Part shown: positions 29,027 through 37,812 of the stretch, one piece after another
Layout of the letters: each line of letters opens with the position of its first letter
How positions within the stretch are numbered: the first letter of the stretch is position 1
Virus record (IMG/VR): IMGVR_UViG_3300027833_000016
DNA from: a virus
Reading direction: 5' to 3' (one strand)
DNA length: 64,000 nucleotides
Notes under the pieces: generated by a model
Told to the model about the DNA's origin: nothing
The model's database searches: none
The model's input: the letters and a program-made list of their open reading frames with translations, nothing else
Position numbers and translations under genes: made by a program

Positions 29027-29766
29027 AAGCATTTGTAATTGCGTTAGTGGATCAATCATACGAACCACTAACAAGTAGTATTGAGAAGACAGAATCACCT
29101 TTGGAGTTACATTGGTTACCTGCAACCACACCCCTAACTATTAAAGATGACCGTAAGGCATTCCCTAAGTTCCGATGGACTTGGCCAATGCTTGCGACTC
29201 AGGATGGTCTCTGTATGGAAACAGGAGTATTCAAGTTCGTCTATCAGGCAAAGGAGTACAGCAAGAAGATTGCCTGTTCGCTGAGTCATATGAAAGCATG
29301 GCAGAAGTGTGTTGATCTAGATGAACCTATTGTCATATTCGAAGCAGACGCAGTAGTCAAAAGAAAGATAGACCATTACTGGTGCGAACGAACGTGCCGT
29401 AGGGGGGTGCGCCTTGGTAACCTTGCACCTGATCCTGATCAAGCATTAGTGATTGGTCTTAACGATCCTCGTGGTGCAACCAGACGTGCAGGTACCTATC
29501 ATGCCAAACAAGTTGAGTACGGAGAAGGAATCAATCCTGTATCCACAGTCAATGAATCTGGAGAGAATCCAGTACCCCAAGGATTGGCAGGTAACAGTGC
29601 CTACTATATAACACCAACAGGAGCAAAGAATTTACTCCAAGGTGCAGAAGAATACGGTATGTGGCCAAATGACGCATTCATGTGTAAGGAATTGTTTCCT
29701 TTCTTACGACAAGCATACCCATATTACACAACAATCAGTGGAACTGAATCCACAACAACTAGGTGA
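29023..29766 (+). CDS. Glycosyltransferase family 25-like
   Basis: ACSLSH...W...IFEADA; AYYITP.GAK.L; PND. Confidence 0.8.
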   Translation: MKAFVIALVDQSYEPLTSSIEKTESPLELHWLPATTPLTIKDDRKAFPKFRWTWPMLATQDGLCMETGVFKFVYQAKEYSKKIACSLSHMKAWQKCVDLDEPIVIFEADAVVKRKIDHYWCERTCRRGVRLGNLAPDPDQALVIGLNDPRGATRRAGTYHAKQVEYGEGINPVSTVNESGENPVPQGLAGNSAYYITPTGAKNLLQGAEEYGMWPNDAFMCKELFPFLRQAYPYYTTISGTESTTTR

Positions 29767-30041
29767 ATGAAATGAGCGAAAGAGTATTAGGTGATAATGT
29801 ATTAGTCACAGAACGTAAAGAAGCAGGTGAGACACAAACCGCAGGTGGTATTATCCTCAGTGGTGATCTATCTACAGGTAACAAACCTGCATTGGTATTA
29901 GCAGTTGGCCCAGATGTCACAGATGTTAAGTCTGGTGATGTATGCTATCTCAAATGGTCTGAAGCAATGCCAGTAGAATTAGAAGGTGTCAAGTGTGGCA
30001 TCATTGCACAAGAGTTTATTAAGATGGTTGTGGATGCGTGA
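29763..30041 (+). CDS. groES: Co-chaperonin GroES (gp31-like)
   Basis: GDNVLV...TAGGIIL...VLAVGPDV. Confidence 0.85.
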   Translation: MNEMSERVLGDNVLVTERKEAGETQTAGGIILSGDLSTGNKPALVLAVGPDVTDVKSGDVCYLKWSEAMPVELEGVKCGIIAQEFIKMVVDA

Positions 30042-30691
30042 AAGCATACGTCATAACAATACTGGATAATGCATTATCGCAAGAAGCGGCAGATACTTGT
30101 ATTGCTAGTGCCAAAAGGTACGGCATTGAGGTAGAGAAGTTTCCTGCTATTACCCCTCGCACAGAGGGGTTCGAACATAGGGTAACATTAGCAAACCTAG
30201 ACATAGAAGCATTCTCTGGTGGATGGTCGAGGGTAGAGAACGCATTAGCGTGTTTCCTATCCCACCGTGAGTTATGGAAGATGTGCAATGAGACGCGTGA
30301 AGACATTATGATTCTTGAGCATGATGCAATATTCAAAGATGGCATACCCAAGAACTTCGCATTCAATAAGTGTATTACTCTTGGTAGACCGTCTTACGGT
30401 ACGTTCGAGACTCCTACTGGATTCGGGGCACAACCATTGTCCCAAGCAAAGTACTTTAAAGGGGCACACGCATATATCATCAAAGCATCTGCGGCAGAAG
30501 ACTTTCTAATGAGTGTCATTTCTAGACCAACCGATATCTTTCTTAACACGTTTAACTTCCCATACTTAGAAGAGTATTACCCTTGGGTGGTTGAGGTTGA
30601 CGATACTTTCTCTACTATTCAAAACAAGAAAGGGTTGGAAGCAAAACATACCTATGTGGCAGGGAGAGATGTTAAGGTGGTAGCGGCATGA
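30038..30691 (+). CDS. Glycosyltransferase family 25-like
   Basis: ACFLSH.LW...ILEHDA; GAHAYII. Confidence 0.8.
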   Translation: MKAYVITILDNALSQEAADTCIASAKRYGIEVEKFPAITPRTEGFEHRVTLANLDIEAFSGGWSRVENALACFLSHRELWKMCNETREDIMILEHDAIFKDGIPKNFAFNKCITLGRPSYGTFETPTGFGAQPLSQAKYFKGAHAYIIKASAAEDFLMSVISRPTDIFLNTFNFPYLEEYYPWVVEVDDTFSTIQNKKGLEAKHTYVAGRDVKVVAA

Positions 30692-31395
30692 GCAAGCAAA
30701 AGATTAACTTTATAACAGTATGTACAGACGCTTATCCTATGGACTATGCGCGTAAGATAATAACTCAGTTTGAGAAACTATCTAACTTCAATGTAACTTC
30801 ATACTGTATAACAGACCGACCAAACGAGATCTCTGACATTGCCATTCCTATTGCCCCACCCTTCGGTGATGGTAAAGGTTGGTGGAATAAGATGTATCTC
30901 TATAGCAAGGATATGCCCAAAGGTATCAGCGTATACTTGGACATAGACACAGTTCTAATTAAGAACTTTGATGAAGAGATCACCAACTGTATTATTGAGT
31001 TAACGTTTGGTAGAAAGATATCAGTCGTATCGGATGCGATCATGTGGAAGGACAACAAGTACAGTTCTTCTATGATGGTTATGAAGCACGGTAGGATGGT
31101 AGATATATGGGAGAAGTTTGAAAAGAACAAGGAGTCTTTGTACGGTTACGATGGGGGAGACCAAGTATGGACAGGTCACCAGTTGAACGACAGTGATGTA
31201 TTCTATATCGATGAGTCATTCCCCAAGTTAAAGATGAATTTAAAATTCCACTTAGGTAAGAAGATATTTGGTCAATGGGACTTTCCCAAACGACTGCCAG
31301 TGGGTACTAAGATAGTTGATTGTGGCGGCAAACCTAAACCACATGAACTGAGTTACTTACACTATGTAAAGGAGAACTGGCACGATGTTGAGTAA
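30688..31395 (+). CDS. GT-A glycosyltransferase-like protein
   Basis: GWWNK, YLDID, SSMM, GDQ and GKPKPH motifs. Confidence 0.75.
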   Translation: MSKQKINFITVCTDAYPMDYARKIITQFEKLSNFNVTSYCITDRPNEISDIAIPIAPPFGDGKGWWNKMYLYSKDMPKGISVYLDIDTVLIKNFDEEITNCIIELTFGRKISVVSDAIMWKDNKYSSSMMVMKHGRMVDIWEKFEKNKESLYGYDGGDQVWTGHQLNDSDVFYIDESFPKLKMNLKFHLGKKIFGQWDFPKRLPVGTKIVDCGGKPKPHELSYLHYVKENWHDVE

Positions 31396-31780
31396 ACTAT
31401 TTGCAGGAGTCATCCTTGCTATGAGTATTACAGGTTACCTGTTTTACACGCAAGTGCATAAACCCCTTCTAGGGGAGATGAAACAACAAGCGGCAGTGAT
31501 TGCCGCACAAGAGATCCGTCAACAAGAACAGATCAAAACTCTCGAAGCACTACAAGCAAACTTCATTAAGACAACCGAAGCACTCAATGTAATGAGCGCA
31601 AAGAATGCAGAGATCGAAGCAGAACAAGCAAGATACCTCGACATATTCAAACGTCATAATCTAACTAAACTTGCCGCGGCCAAACCGGGACTAATAACGA
31701 CTAGAATTAATAGGGGGACAAAAAATGTATTCGATTCGATTGAGAACGATTCTACTTTCATTGATAGTCTTGACGAGTAG
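31385..31780 (+). CDS. Inner-membrane spanin candidate (Rz-like)
   Basis: N-terminal TM helix plus coiled coil; overlaps a downstream lipoprotein gene. Confidence 0.65.
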   Translation: MLSKLFAGVILAMSITGYLFYTQVHKPLLGEMKQQAAVIAAQEIRQQEQIKTLEALQANFIKTTEALNVMSAKNAEIEAEQARYLDIFKRHNLTKLAAAKPGLITTRINRGTKNVFDSIENDSTFIDSLDE

Positions 31781-32153
31781 TGGGTGTACTACATTAGGCA
31801 ACTTCTTTGCTGATGACATACCACCCCCTGTAGTTGAGATTCGTACCATAGAAGTAAAGATACCTATCACGCACCCTGTGATGCCTCGTGCTATTGATCT
31901 AAAAGACCCTGAGTTCTTTGTTGTGTCTGAGAAGAATGTCGAAGAGTTTATGATCGATATAGAGAAACGTGCAGGAACTTTAGTTTTTGTTGCAATAACA
32001 GTTGACGATTACGAGTTAATGAGTTATAATATGCAAGAGATCAAACGTTATGTTAATCAGATGAAGGAAGTTATCGTGTATTACCGTACCATCAATGACT
32101 TTGAAGAAGAACCTAAACCCGAAGAGCAACCAATAGAGGAAACCGAAAGATGA
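31725..32153 (+). CDS. Outer-membrane lipoprotein spanin candidate (Rz1-like)
   Basis: Lipobox LTSSGC, Pro-rich region, overlap with the Rz-like gene. Confidence 0.65.
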   Translation: MYSIRLRTILLSLIVLTSSGCTTLGNFFADDIPPPVVEIRTIEVKIPITHPVMPRAIDLKDPEFFVVSEKNVEEFMIDIEKRAGTLVFVAITVDDYELMSYNMQEIKRYVNQMKEVIVYYRTINDFEEEPKPEEQPIEETER

Positions 32154-32491
32154 AAACGCTTGTATTTGCATCATTGTTATTAGTAGGATGTCATGCAGTA
32201 TCAGCACCTTATGTTGAATTTAAGAGTAAAGCAAAGGTCACTAGTGACTCTTATGCAGTGTCTTATTTTACAAACGATGCTGTCAACCACATACGGTTGG
32301 GTAATACATGGAAGAATATATACTTTGAAGGCGGTAAGATGACCAATGGTGTATCCACCGAAGCAGGTTATAAGTTCAAGAACTTAGGTGGATCAAACTT
32401 TACTTTGAAAGGTAAGGTAGAGAGTACTAAGTTAGATGCAGGTCAGTGGAAGCACGGAGTTGAAACAGAACTTCGTTACACCTTCGATTAA
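32150..32491 (+). CDS. Secreted small beta-strand protein (OMP-like)
   Basis: Signal peptide, alternating beta pattern and C-terminal LRYTF. Confidence 0.5.
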   Translation: MKTLVFASLLLVGCHAVSAPYVEFKSKAKVTSDSYAVSYFTNDAVNHIRLGNTWKNIYFEGGKMTNGVSTEAGYKFKNLGGSNFTLKGKVESTKLDAGQWKHGVETELRYTFD

Positions 32492-32539
32492 CAAATCATA
32501 TACATACATACAGAGAATAAATAATAAGGTTCGAAGAAT

Positions 32540-33016
32540 ATGTATGAATATAGTGCAAAAATTGTTAGAGTGGTTGATGGCGATACTGTGGACGTTGACC
32601 TTGATCTTGGTTTCGGTATCGTGTATGCTAATCAGCGGATTCGTCTATATGGTATCGATACTCCTGAGTCGCGTACAAGAGATCTGGTCGAGAAAGTCTT
32701 TGGGAAGATTGCATCAAAGTTCCTTGAAGGAAAACTTGGGGAGCGATGCAAGATCCGTACTCGAAAGGACGGAAAGGGAAAGTACGGACGTATCCTCGGA
32801 GAGTTTGTTGTCTACGATCCAACGACTGATTCGGAGATGACCGTCAATGATATTATGATCCGCGACCACTATGCGGTTGCATACTTTGGTCAGAGTAAAG
32901 AAGATATCGAAGAAGAACATATTATCAATCGCGCAAAGTTGGCAGAACATTACGGTCACCCTAGCGAAGATGGACAGTACACACAATTGAAAGAATCATT
33001 TGGATTAGACTTTTAG
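32540..33016 (+). CDS. Thermonuclease (SNase) family nuclease
   Basis: VVDGDTV, RIRLYGIDTPE and GKYGRIL motifs. Confidence 0.9.
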   Translation: MYEYSAKIVRVVDGDTVDVDLDLGFGIVYANQRIRLYGIDTPESRTRDLVEKVFGKIASKFLEGKLGERCKIRTRKDGKGKYGRILGEFVVYDPTTDSEMTVNDIMIRDHYAVAYFGQSKEDIEEEHIINRAKLAEHYGHPSEDGQYTQLKESFGLDF

Positions 33017-33024
33017 GATAGATT

Positions 33025-33654
33025 ATGAGATGGAATGTACTTGGTAATGGGGACAATGCCCATATGTTTGAACGTGGGCAAGATGGTAGGTTACTGATAT
33101 GTAATATGCCTCCCTTCGAAATACCCAACAGTGAAGTCTATGCAACCTGCATGGTAGATTACAAGATGATGTTGGCACTAGCACAGGGTCACATCAAACT
33201 CGATATGTATGATTGGGTTCTTGGTATGCGTCCCAGACATTGGATGGAGATGAACCCTGCGTTCTATCTCAAGTATGCTCAGAAGATCAAAGCAATGCAT
33301 ACACACATACCTCAGTATGCACAATTGGAAGGACAAGACGCAGGACAGGCATCCACTAACTATTCCTGTGGACATATGGCAATCGACTATGCTTGTCGTG
33401 TTAAGGGCGCAACAGAAGTACACATCTATGGTTTTGATGCTATGTTCGATACTAACCTCAGATCTTATACAGACCTATTGTTAGAATCAGATCGTAGTGA
33501 ACAGAACACCTATAGGATTGCCAACAACTGGAGACCAGTATGGACTGGACTCTTTAAAGAGTTCAAGCACGTTAAGTTTTACTTGTATCACAAACATGAT
33601 AGACTGCAAGTGCCAGTAGGTAAGAACGTAACCGTAATAGTAAAGGAGAGATAG
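33025..33654 (+). CDS. Sialyltransferase/MptE-like Rossmannoid protein
   Basis: VLGNG...ICN...SCG.MA...IYGFD pattern. Confidence 0.5.
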   Translation: MRWNVLGNGDNAHMFERGQDGRLLICNMPPFEIPNSEVYATCMVDYKMMLALAQGHIKLDMYDWVLGMRPRHWMEMNPAFYLKYAQKIKAMHTHIPQYAQLEGQDAGQASTNYSCGHMAIDYACRVKGATEVHIYGFDAMFDTNLRSYTDLLLESDRSEQNTYRIANNWRPVWTGLFKEFKHVKFYLYHKHDRLQVPVGKNVTVIVKER

Positions 33655-33655
33655 T

Positions 33656-33805
33656 ATGCCAAGTAAAGAAGATCTAGTAGTAGTATTGGGTAAGTTAAGC
33701 AACTTCATAGGAGACACATTGAGTGACTTCGTTTCGTGTTGGAGAATATACCCTAACGTACTTATTTGGTGTGGACTTGCATTCTTAATTGCCGCATTTG
33801 TATAA
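33656..33805 (+). CDS. Small membrane protein (49 aa)
   Basis: Hand-translated; hydrophobic C-terminus. Confidence 0.45.
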   Translation: MPSKEDLVVVLGKLSNFIGDTLSDFVSCWRIYPNVLIWCGLAFLIAAFV

Positions 33806-33808
33806 ATA
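33801..33808 (+). promoter_or_regulatory. T4 late promoter
   Basis: TATAAATA 35 nt upstream of the kinase ATG. Confidence 0.75.
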
Positions 33809-33843
33809 AACGTATATTACAAACCATTACATACAGGTCACCC

Positions 33844-34536
33844 ATGCAGAAGTTTAAGACATTCACCGAACAAGTAGAGTTACAAGAAGGGGTCAATGAT
33901 CCTGCCATCTTTAAAGCAGTATTCCTAGCAGGTGGGCCCGGTTCGGGTAAGTCATTCATAGCAGGTAAGACTGGTCTTGGATCTTTCGGATTCCGTGTCA
34001 TCAACTCCGATGACGCGTTCGAGAACTCTATGAAGAAAGCAGGAATGGAGATGTCACCCGAAGAGATCTTCTCGGTCAAGGGTCAGGAACTTCGTGGTAA
34101 GGCAACAGAGATTACTGCCAAGAAGAAAGAGATCTATCTTAAAGGTCGGTTGGGTATTGTTATTGATGGTACTGGTAAAGACTTTGACAAGTTAAACAAG
34201 CAACGCAAAGAACTAGAGAAGTTGGGTTATGATTGTGCGATCATCATAGTCAACACTAACTTAGATACTGCCGTAGGTCGTGACCAAGCACGAAAACGTA
34301 CTATCGGTAAGAAGATGTTAGAACCAATGTGGCAAGCAGTGCAAGACAATATTGGTAAGTTTCAGACCGCATTCGGGCGAAGCAAAACCTTTATCGTAGA
34401 TAACTCAGACGGTAAAGACTACGAGAAAGAAACAATGGCGGCATACAAAGGCGTTGGTGTCTGGGCAAAGAAAGCACCAGACAACTCCAAAGCGCGTAAG
34501 TGGATTGCCAGTGAGACAAAGAAGAAGACTCGATAA
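33844..34536 (+). CDS. Zeta-toxin/AAA_33-like P-loop kinase with capsid-targeting-like leader
   Basis: FLAGGPGSGKS, NSDD, IDGTG and RxxxR lid; N-terminus MQKFKTFTEQVELQE. Confidence 0.8.
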   Translation: MQKFKTFTEQVELQEGVNDPAIFKAVFLAGGPGSGKSFIAGKTGLGSFGFRVINSDDAFENSMKKAGMEMSPEEIFSVKGQELRGKATEITAKKKEIYLKGRLGIVIDGTGKDFDKLNKQRKELEKLGYDCAIIIVNTNLDTAVGRDQARKRTIGKKMLEPMWQAVQDNIGKFQTAFGRSKTFIVDNSDGKDYEKETMAAYKGVGVWAKKAPDNSKARKWIASETKKKTR

Positions 34537-35451
34537 TTACTCGAAGTCATATCCCGATGGGTAAGTAATACCTCCGGGAGTTTTGTGGCAGTCAATCATA
34601 GTATCTAGTATAGAGTATTCTATGTTCCTGTCTGCCTCAGACTCTTCTCTGAATCTATCATCCCAGATAGTCCGACTAACAAACACCTCGTTCAACCAAT
34701 CAGAATTATTCTCACGGACACCACCAATGTATTTGTCGTGGTCTTTGTCCTGATAGTTAATATCAATGATCTCAAATCCTTCACAACATATTGGCGAGAA
34801 CGTAGATCGAATGTGATGTTCGGTGAATCCCTCGTCTTCTCCAGTCTTAGGTACACCTGCAAACACAACCGCATCATACATTGTATTATGTGGGGGTGTT
34901 ATAGTAACATTACCACCGTGCTTGTATTGCTCGGATGCAGGAACAAGATCAATCTCGTATCGTTTATATAACGAGTGCATCAACTGAGTGAACCTAGACT
35001 CTGGTGGTTTGGCAGTATGCATTTGGAAGTCTCTGTAACCCATTGCCATCTTGACAATAGGAAGAAACTGAATCCAGATGTTAGGATCTACCATAGTAGT
35101 ATCGGCAGACTTGAACGTTGGAGTTGGATGTAGGTTACGATCAGACTTACGAGGATATGTCCAAGATGCTTGTGCCGCATTGAAGTGACCAACAAACAAC
35201 ACCTTATTGAATCCCTTCAACGAAAGATAGTTAAGTACCATAGGGCAGTAGTTGAACACATCATTAACAGTATGAGAGTCGGCATCCTTCCATCGTGTAA
35301 CTAGATCATTGGTACGCACTTCTGCATCTATGATGTAGTTTAACTTACCCCATTGGTTCTGCTTATCTTTCTTATGGATATAATTCCCAACAGATGATCC
35401 TGCCGACCTTTTACCCTTCTGAAGAAGTTCATTCACTGCTCTATATTGCAT
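34537..35451 (-). CDS. Hypothetical protein
   Basis: 304 aa ORF with AAGGA RBS. Confidence 0.7.
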   Translation of the reverse strand: MQYRAVNELLQKGKRSAGSSVGNYIHKKDKQNQWGKLNYIIDAEVRTNDLVTRWKDADSHTVNDVFNYCPMVLNYLSLKGFNKVLFVGHFNAAQASWTYPRKSDRNLHPTPTFKSADTTMVDPNIWIQFLPIVKMAMGYRDFQMHTAKPPESRFTQLMHSLYKRYEIDLVPASEQYKHGGNVTITPPHNTMYDAVVFAGVPKTGEDEGFTEHHIRSTFSPICCEGFEIIDINYQDKDHDKYIGGVRENNSDWLNEVFVSRTIWDDRFREESEADRNIEYSILDTMIDCHKTPGGITYPSGYDFE

Positions 35452-35454
35452 GGT

Positions 35455-35718
35455 TTATCCTTTATAAATCTTTTGTATGTGAGTCTCGAATAGTTCGATC
35501 TTCTCTAGTCGTTTTGGCCACAGGATATAATCCTTCTCAGGATTCTGTTTTAAGTTGTTCAGCAATGGTTGGATGCCATTGTACAACTTGTCTAGTCGTT
35601 CTTTGTATGTATCCACTTCGTCAGAGGTAGCACTGGCACTAGCAACGGCACTTTGTACTGCCTCTAGTTCGTCCTCATCTACAATGGTAAATCCAAAGTC
35701 AAAGATCTCGTCACTCAT
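35455..35718 (-). CDS. Conserved T4-like small protein
   Basis: FDFGF..VDEDEL...PLLNNLKQNPEKDYILWP motif. Confidence 0.7.
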   Translation of the reverse strand: MSDEIFDFGFTIVDEDELEAVQSAVASASATSDEVDTYKERLDKLYNGIQPLLNNLKQNPEKDYILWPKRLEKIELFETHIQKIYKG

Positions 35719-35746
35719 ATTTATACCTTTATTTTGCGTTTACCTT

Positions 35747-35795
35747 TATTTATACCTTGACAAAGTTCCAAAAATACTATATAATGGTATAAATA
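35747..35795. promoter_or_regulatory. Divergent promoter region
   Basis: Minus-strand TATAAATA (35747-35754); plus-strand TTGACA-N17-TATAAT (35757-35785) and TATAAATA (35788-35795). Confidence 0.7.
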
Positions 35796-35809
35796 AGTGG
35801 AGAATTAAC

Positions 35810-35995
35810 ATGAGTGCAATAGGTAGCGTAATACAGCAGGTACAGGAGTTTGTAGATCCTATGTTATATAGTGGGTATACGAACAAACAGATCTTAGATG
35901 AGTTCCAGATAGTATATCAAGACGATCCGAACTTCTTCTATATGAACAAGATTATCACGGAACAACTCCGTGGTCGATCACTTCTAACGGAGTAG
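35810..35995 (+). CDS. Hypothetical protein
   Basis: GGAG RBS; MSAIGSVIQQ start. Confidence 0.55.
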   Translation: MSAIGSVIQQVQEFVDPMLYSGYTNKQILDEFQIVYQDDPNFFYMNKIITEQLRGRSLLTE

Positions 35996-36004
35996 ATACA
36001 ATCA

Positions 36005-36190
36005 GTGAAGAACTGGGACAACAAACAATCCAAATGGACAATTTGGAAACACGCACTTGGGTCATTCTCCGATGAACAGACCTATGGGCAAGACGATAAG
36101 ATTGCATTGATCAGAACGATCATTGTGGGTAGCAACCTATTGTGTGCGTATTTGTTTATGATTAATATTGTAGTAGGATGGATGGGATGA
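36005..36190 (+). CDS. Small membrane protein (WxIWxxALG family)
   Basis: WTIWKHALG...IALIRT plus TM helix. Confidence 0.6.
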   Translation: MKNWDNKQSKWTIWKHALGSFSDEQTYGQDDKIALIRTIIVGSNLLCAYLFMINIVVGWMG

Positions 36191-36354
36191 GACGTGGTAC
36201 CCAACCACTAGCAGTTCGTGCCAAGCAACACATATCTATTTGTTGTAAGACTCTCTGCGAAAGAGAGATAGTAGAAGAATATATTAATCAATTAGAAGAG
36301 AGAGTAAAAGAACTTGAGCAAATGGTGGAGAATCTGGGCAAAGAGTCTAGGTGA
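36187..36354 (+). CDS. Small hypothetical protein
   Basis: ATGA-coupled; hand-translated. Confidence 0.45.
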   Translation: MRRGTQPLAVRAKQHISICCKTLCEREIVEEYINQLEERVKELEQMVENLGKESR

Positions 36355-36493
36355 GAAAGTTGGTGAGACGGACAAGCAAGCAAACACGATTGCAGGTGTC
36401 CGTACCGTGTGGTGGTTTACCCATATGGCAACCTGTGTCGCAATCATCCTTAATGCCATTGCCAATCACGGTTGGGGTCTGTTAGGACTGTGA
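36314..36493 (+). CDS. Small membrane protein, paralog of 36005-36190
   Basis: Hand-translated WRIWAKSLGEK...IAGVRT plus TM helix; TTG start. Confidence 0.55.
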   Translation: MSKWWRIWAKSLGEKVGETDKQANTIAGVRTVWWFTHMATCVAIILNAIANHGWGLLGL

Positions 36494-36837
36494 TCACCGT
36501 AACACCAGATGCATTAGTCGTTTTACGACAGAGATTAGTCTCGCGTCCTGACTGTAATGGTATTAGGTTAGAAGTTAAAGGTGCAGGTTGTAGTGGGTAC
36601 GCATATCATATGGAGTACTCATACGCAAGAAAGCATGATGATGTTATTGTTCCACTAGAGGAAGTGTCCCTAGTGATAGACCCCAAGAGTATGTTATTTA
36701 TGACTGGAACACGGTTAGAATATGTAGTCGAAGGATTCAGTGAAGGATTTCAATTCGTCAACCCCAATGTGACAGGGGAATGCGGATGTGGTGAGAGTTT
36801 CTATTATGATGGCGAAAAAGTACCAACTAGCGAATAA
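36490..36837 (+). CDS. iscA: Iron-sulfur cluster A-type carrier
   Basis: GCSGYAY and NPN...CGCGESF motifs. Confidence 0.92.
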   Translation: MITVTPDALVVLRQRLVSRPDCNGIRLEVKGAGCSGYAYHMEYSYARKHDDVIVPLEEVSLVIDPKSMLFMTGTRLEYVVEGFSEGFQFVNPNVTGECGCGESFYYDGEKVPTSE

Positions 36838-37432
36838 CTACCAACTAAGAGGTTGGGAACTGATATCTGAAGTGATACCGAAATCACAGATTGATGCTAT
36901 CAAAGAAAACGCATTACCTATGCGACACAAAAGTCGTGAGTTCTCTAAGTGGGACGGAATATCATGTGCAGGTAGATTCAACGGTGACTTGATGGAGTTT
37001 TATACTTCAGATGCCATGAGGTCAGTTGCAGAGAGTATTCTTGGTTCCAAAACATATCTATTCAACGATCAAGTAGTATACAAGTTGCCACATGATGGTA
37101 TGACCTTCGAAGCACACTTTGATAACCAGTATGGCACGAACATCGATGGGTCTATACATACAGTCAATCTCAGTGTTGTACTAGACGACTTTACTCCTTG
37201 GAACGGAACCTTGTCATTACAGAACGAAGACGATGGTGAGTGGGTAACGGTCTATCCAAAAGCAGGGGATATTATTGCCATAAGAGGATCTACCTTACAT
37301 AAGTCTACTGAGAACATTTCAATGAGTCCACGAGGACTGTATGCTTGCGTATACACTGAATCACCTATGAATATGACTGGGTTCTATAACACCTTATTCG
37401 AAAAGGTTATAAGAAAGTGTCATGTTATATGA
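36806..37432 (+). CDS. PhyH-family 2OG-Fe(II) dioxygenase
   Basis: K.P...HFD...LDD....NG.L...GD.....LHKS..N.S..R. Confidence 0.82.
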   Translation: MMAKKYQLANNYQLRGWELISEVIPKSQIDAIKENALPMRHKSREFSKWDGISCAGRFNGDLMEFYTSDAMRSVAESILGSKTYLFNDQVVYKLPHDGMTFEAHFDNQYGTNIDGSIHTVNLSVVLDDFTPWNGTLSLQNEDDGEWVTVYPKAGDIIAIRGSTLHKSTENISMSPRGLYACVYTESPMNMTGFYNTLFEKVIRKCHVI

Positions 37433-37480
37433 TAATAGTCTAAGAAAGGGGTTGCGCGGTACATAGAATGGTGGTATAAT
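37394..37480 (+). promoter_or_regulatory. Early promoter with tandem 19-bp boxes
   Basis: Boxes 37394-37412 and 37425-37443; TTGCGC-N17-TATAAT. Confidence 0.7.
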
Positions 37481-37507
37481 AGTACCCTATTCAGTGATAA
37501 AGAGAAG

Positions 37508-37810
37508 ATGATTATGAAAGACAGAATATTCAACTATGCCAAGACAATTGATACTAACGTGTTCTACTTCAATCGTGTTGCAGATGCGTTTACTTCTAAG
37601 TTAGATTGGTATGATAACGATGACGTTGATATGATTGTCGTTGACGCGACCAACACCTCACAAGAGACTGACAACATCTTCTCTTTCCTTTACCAAACTG
37701 AACCTAACACTGATCAAGTATGGATGCGCTTTGCCAAAGAGTACGAAGTGACCAATGCTGATCTGATTCTTGATCCAACTAAACCTTCTTATATGATACA
37801 GGTGAAATAA
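37508..37810 (+). CDS. Early hypothetical protein
   Basis: ORF directly after the promoter. Confidence 0.65.
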   Translation: MIMKDRIFNYAKTIDTNVFYFNRVADAFTSKLDWYDNDDVDMIVVDATNTSQETDNIFSFLYQTEPNTDQVWMRFAKEYEVTNADLILDPTKPSYMIQVK

Positions 37811-37812
37811 AT

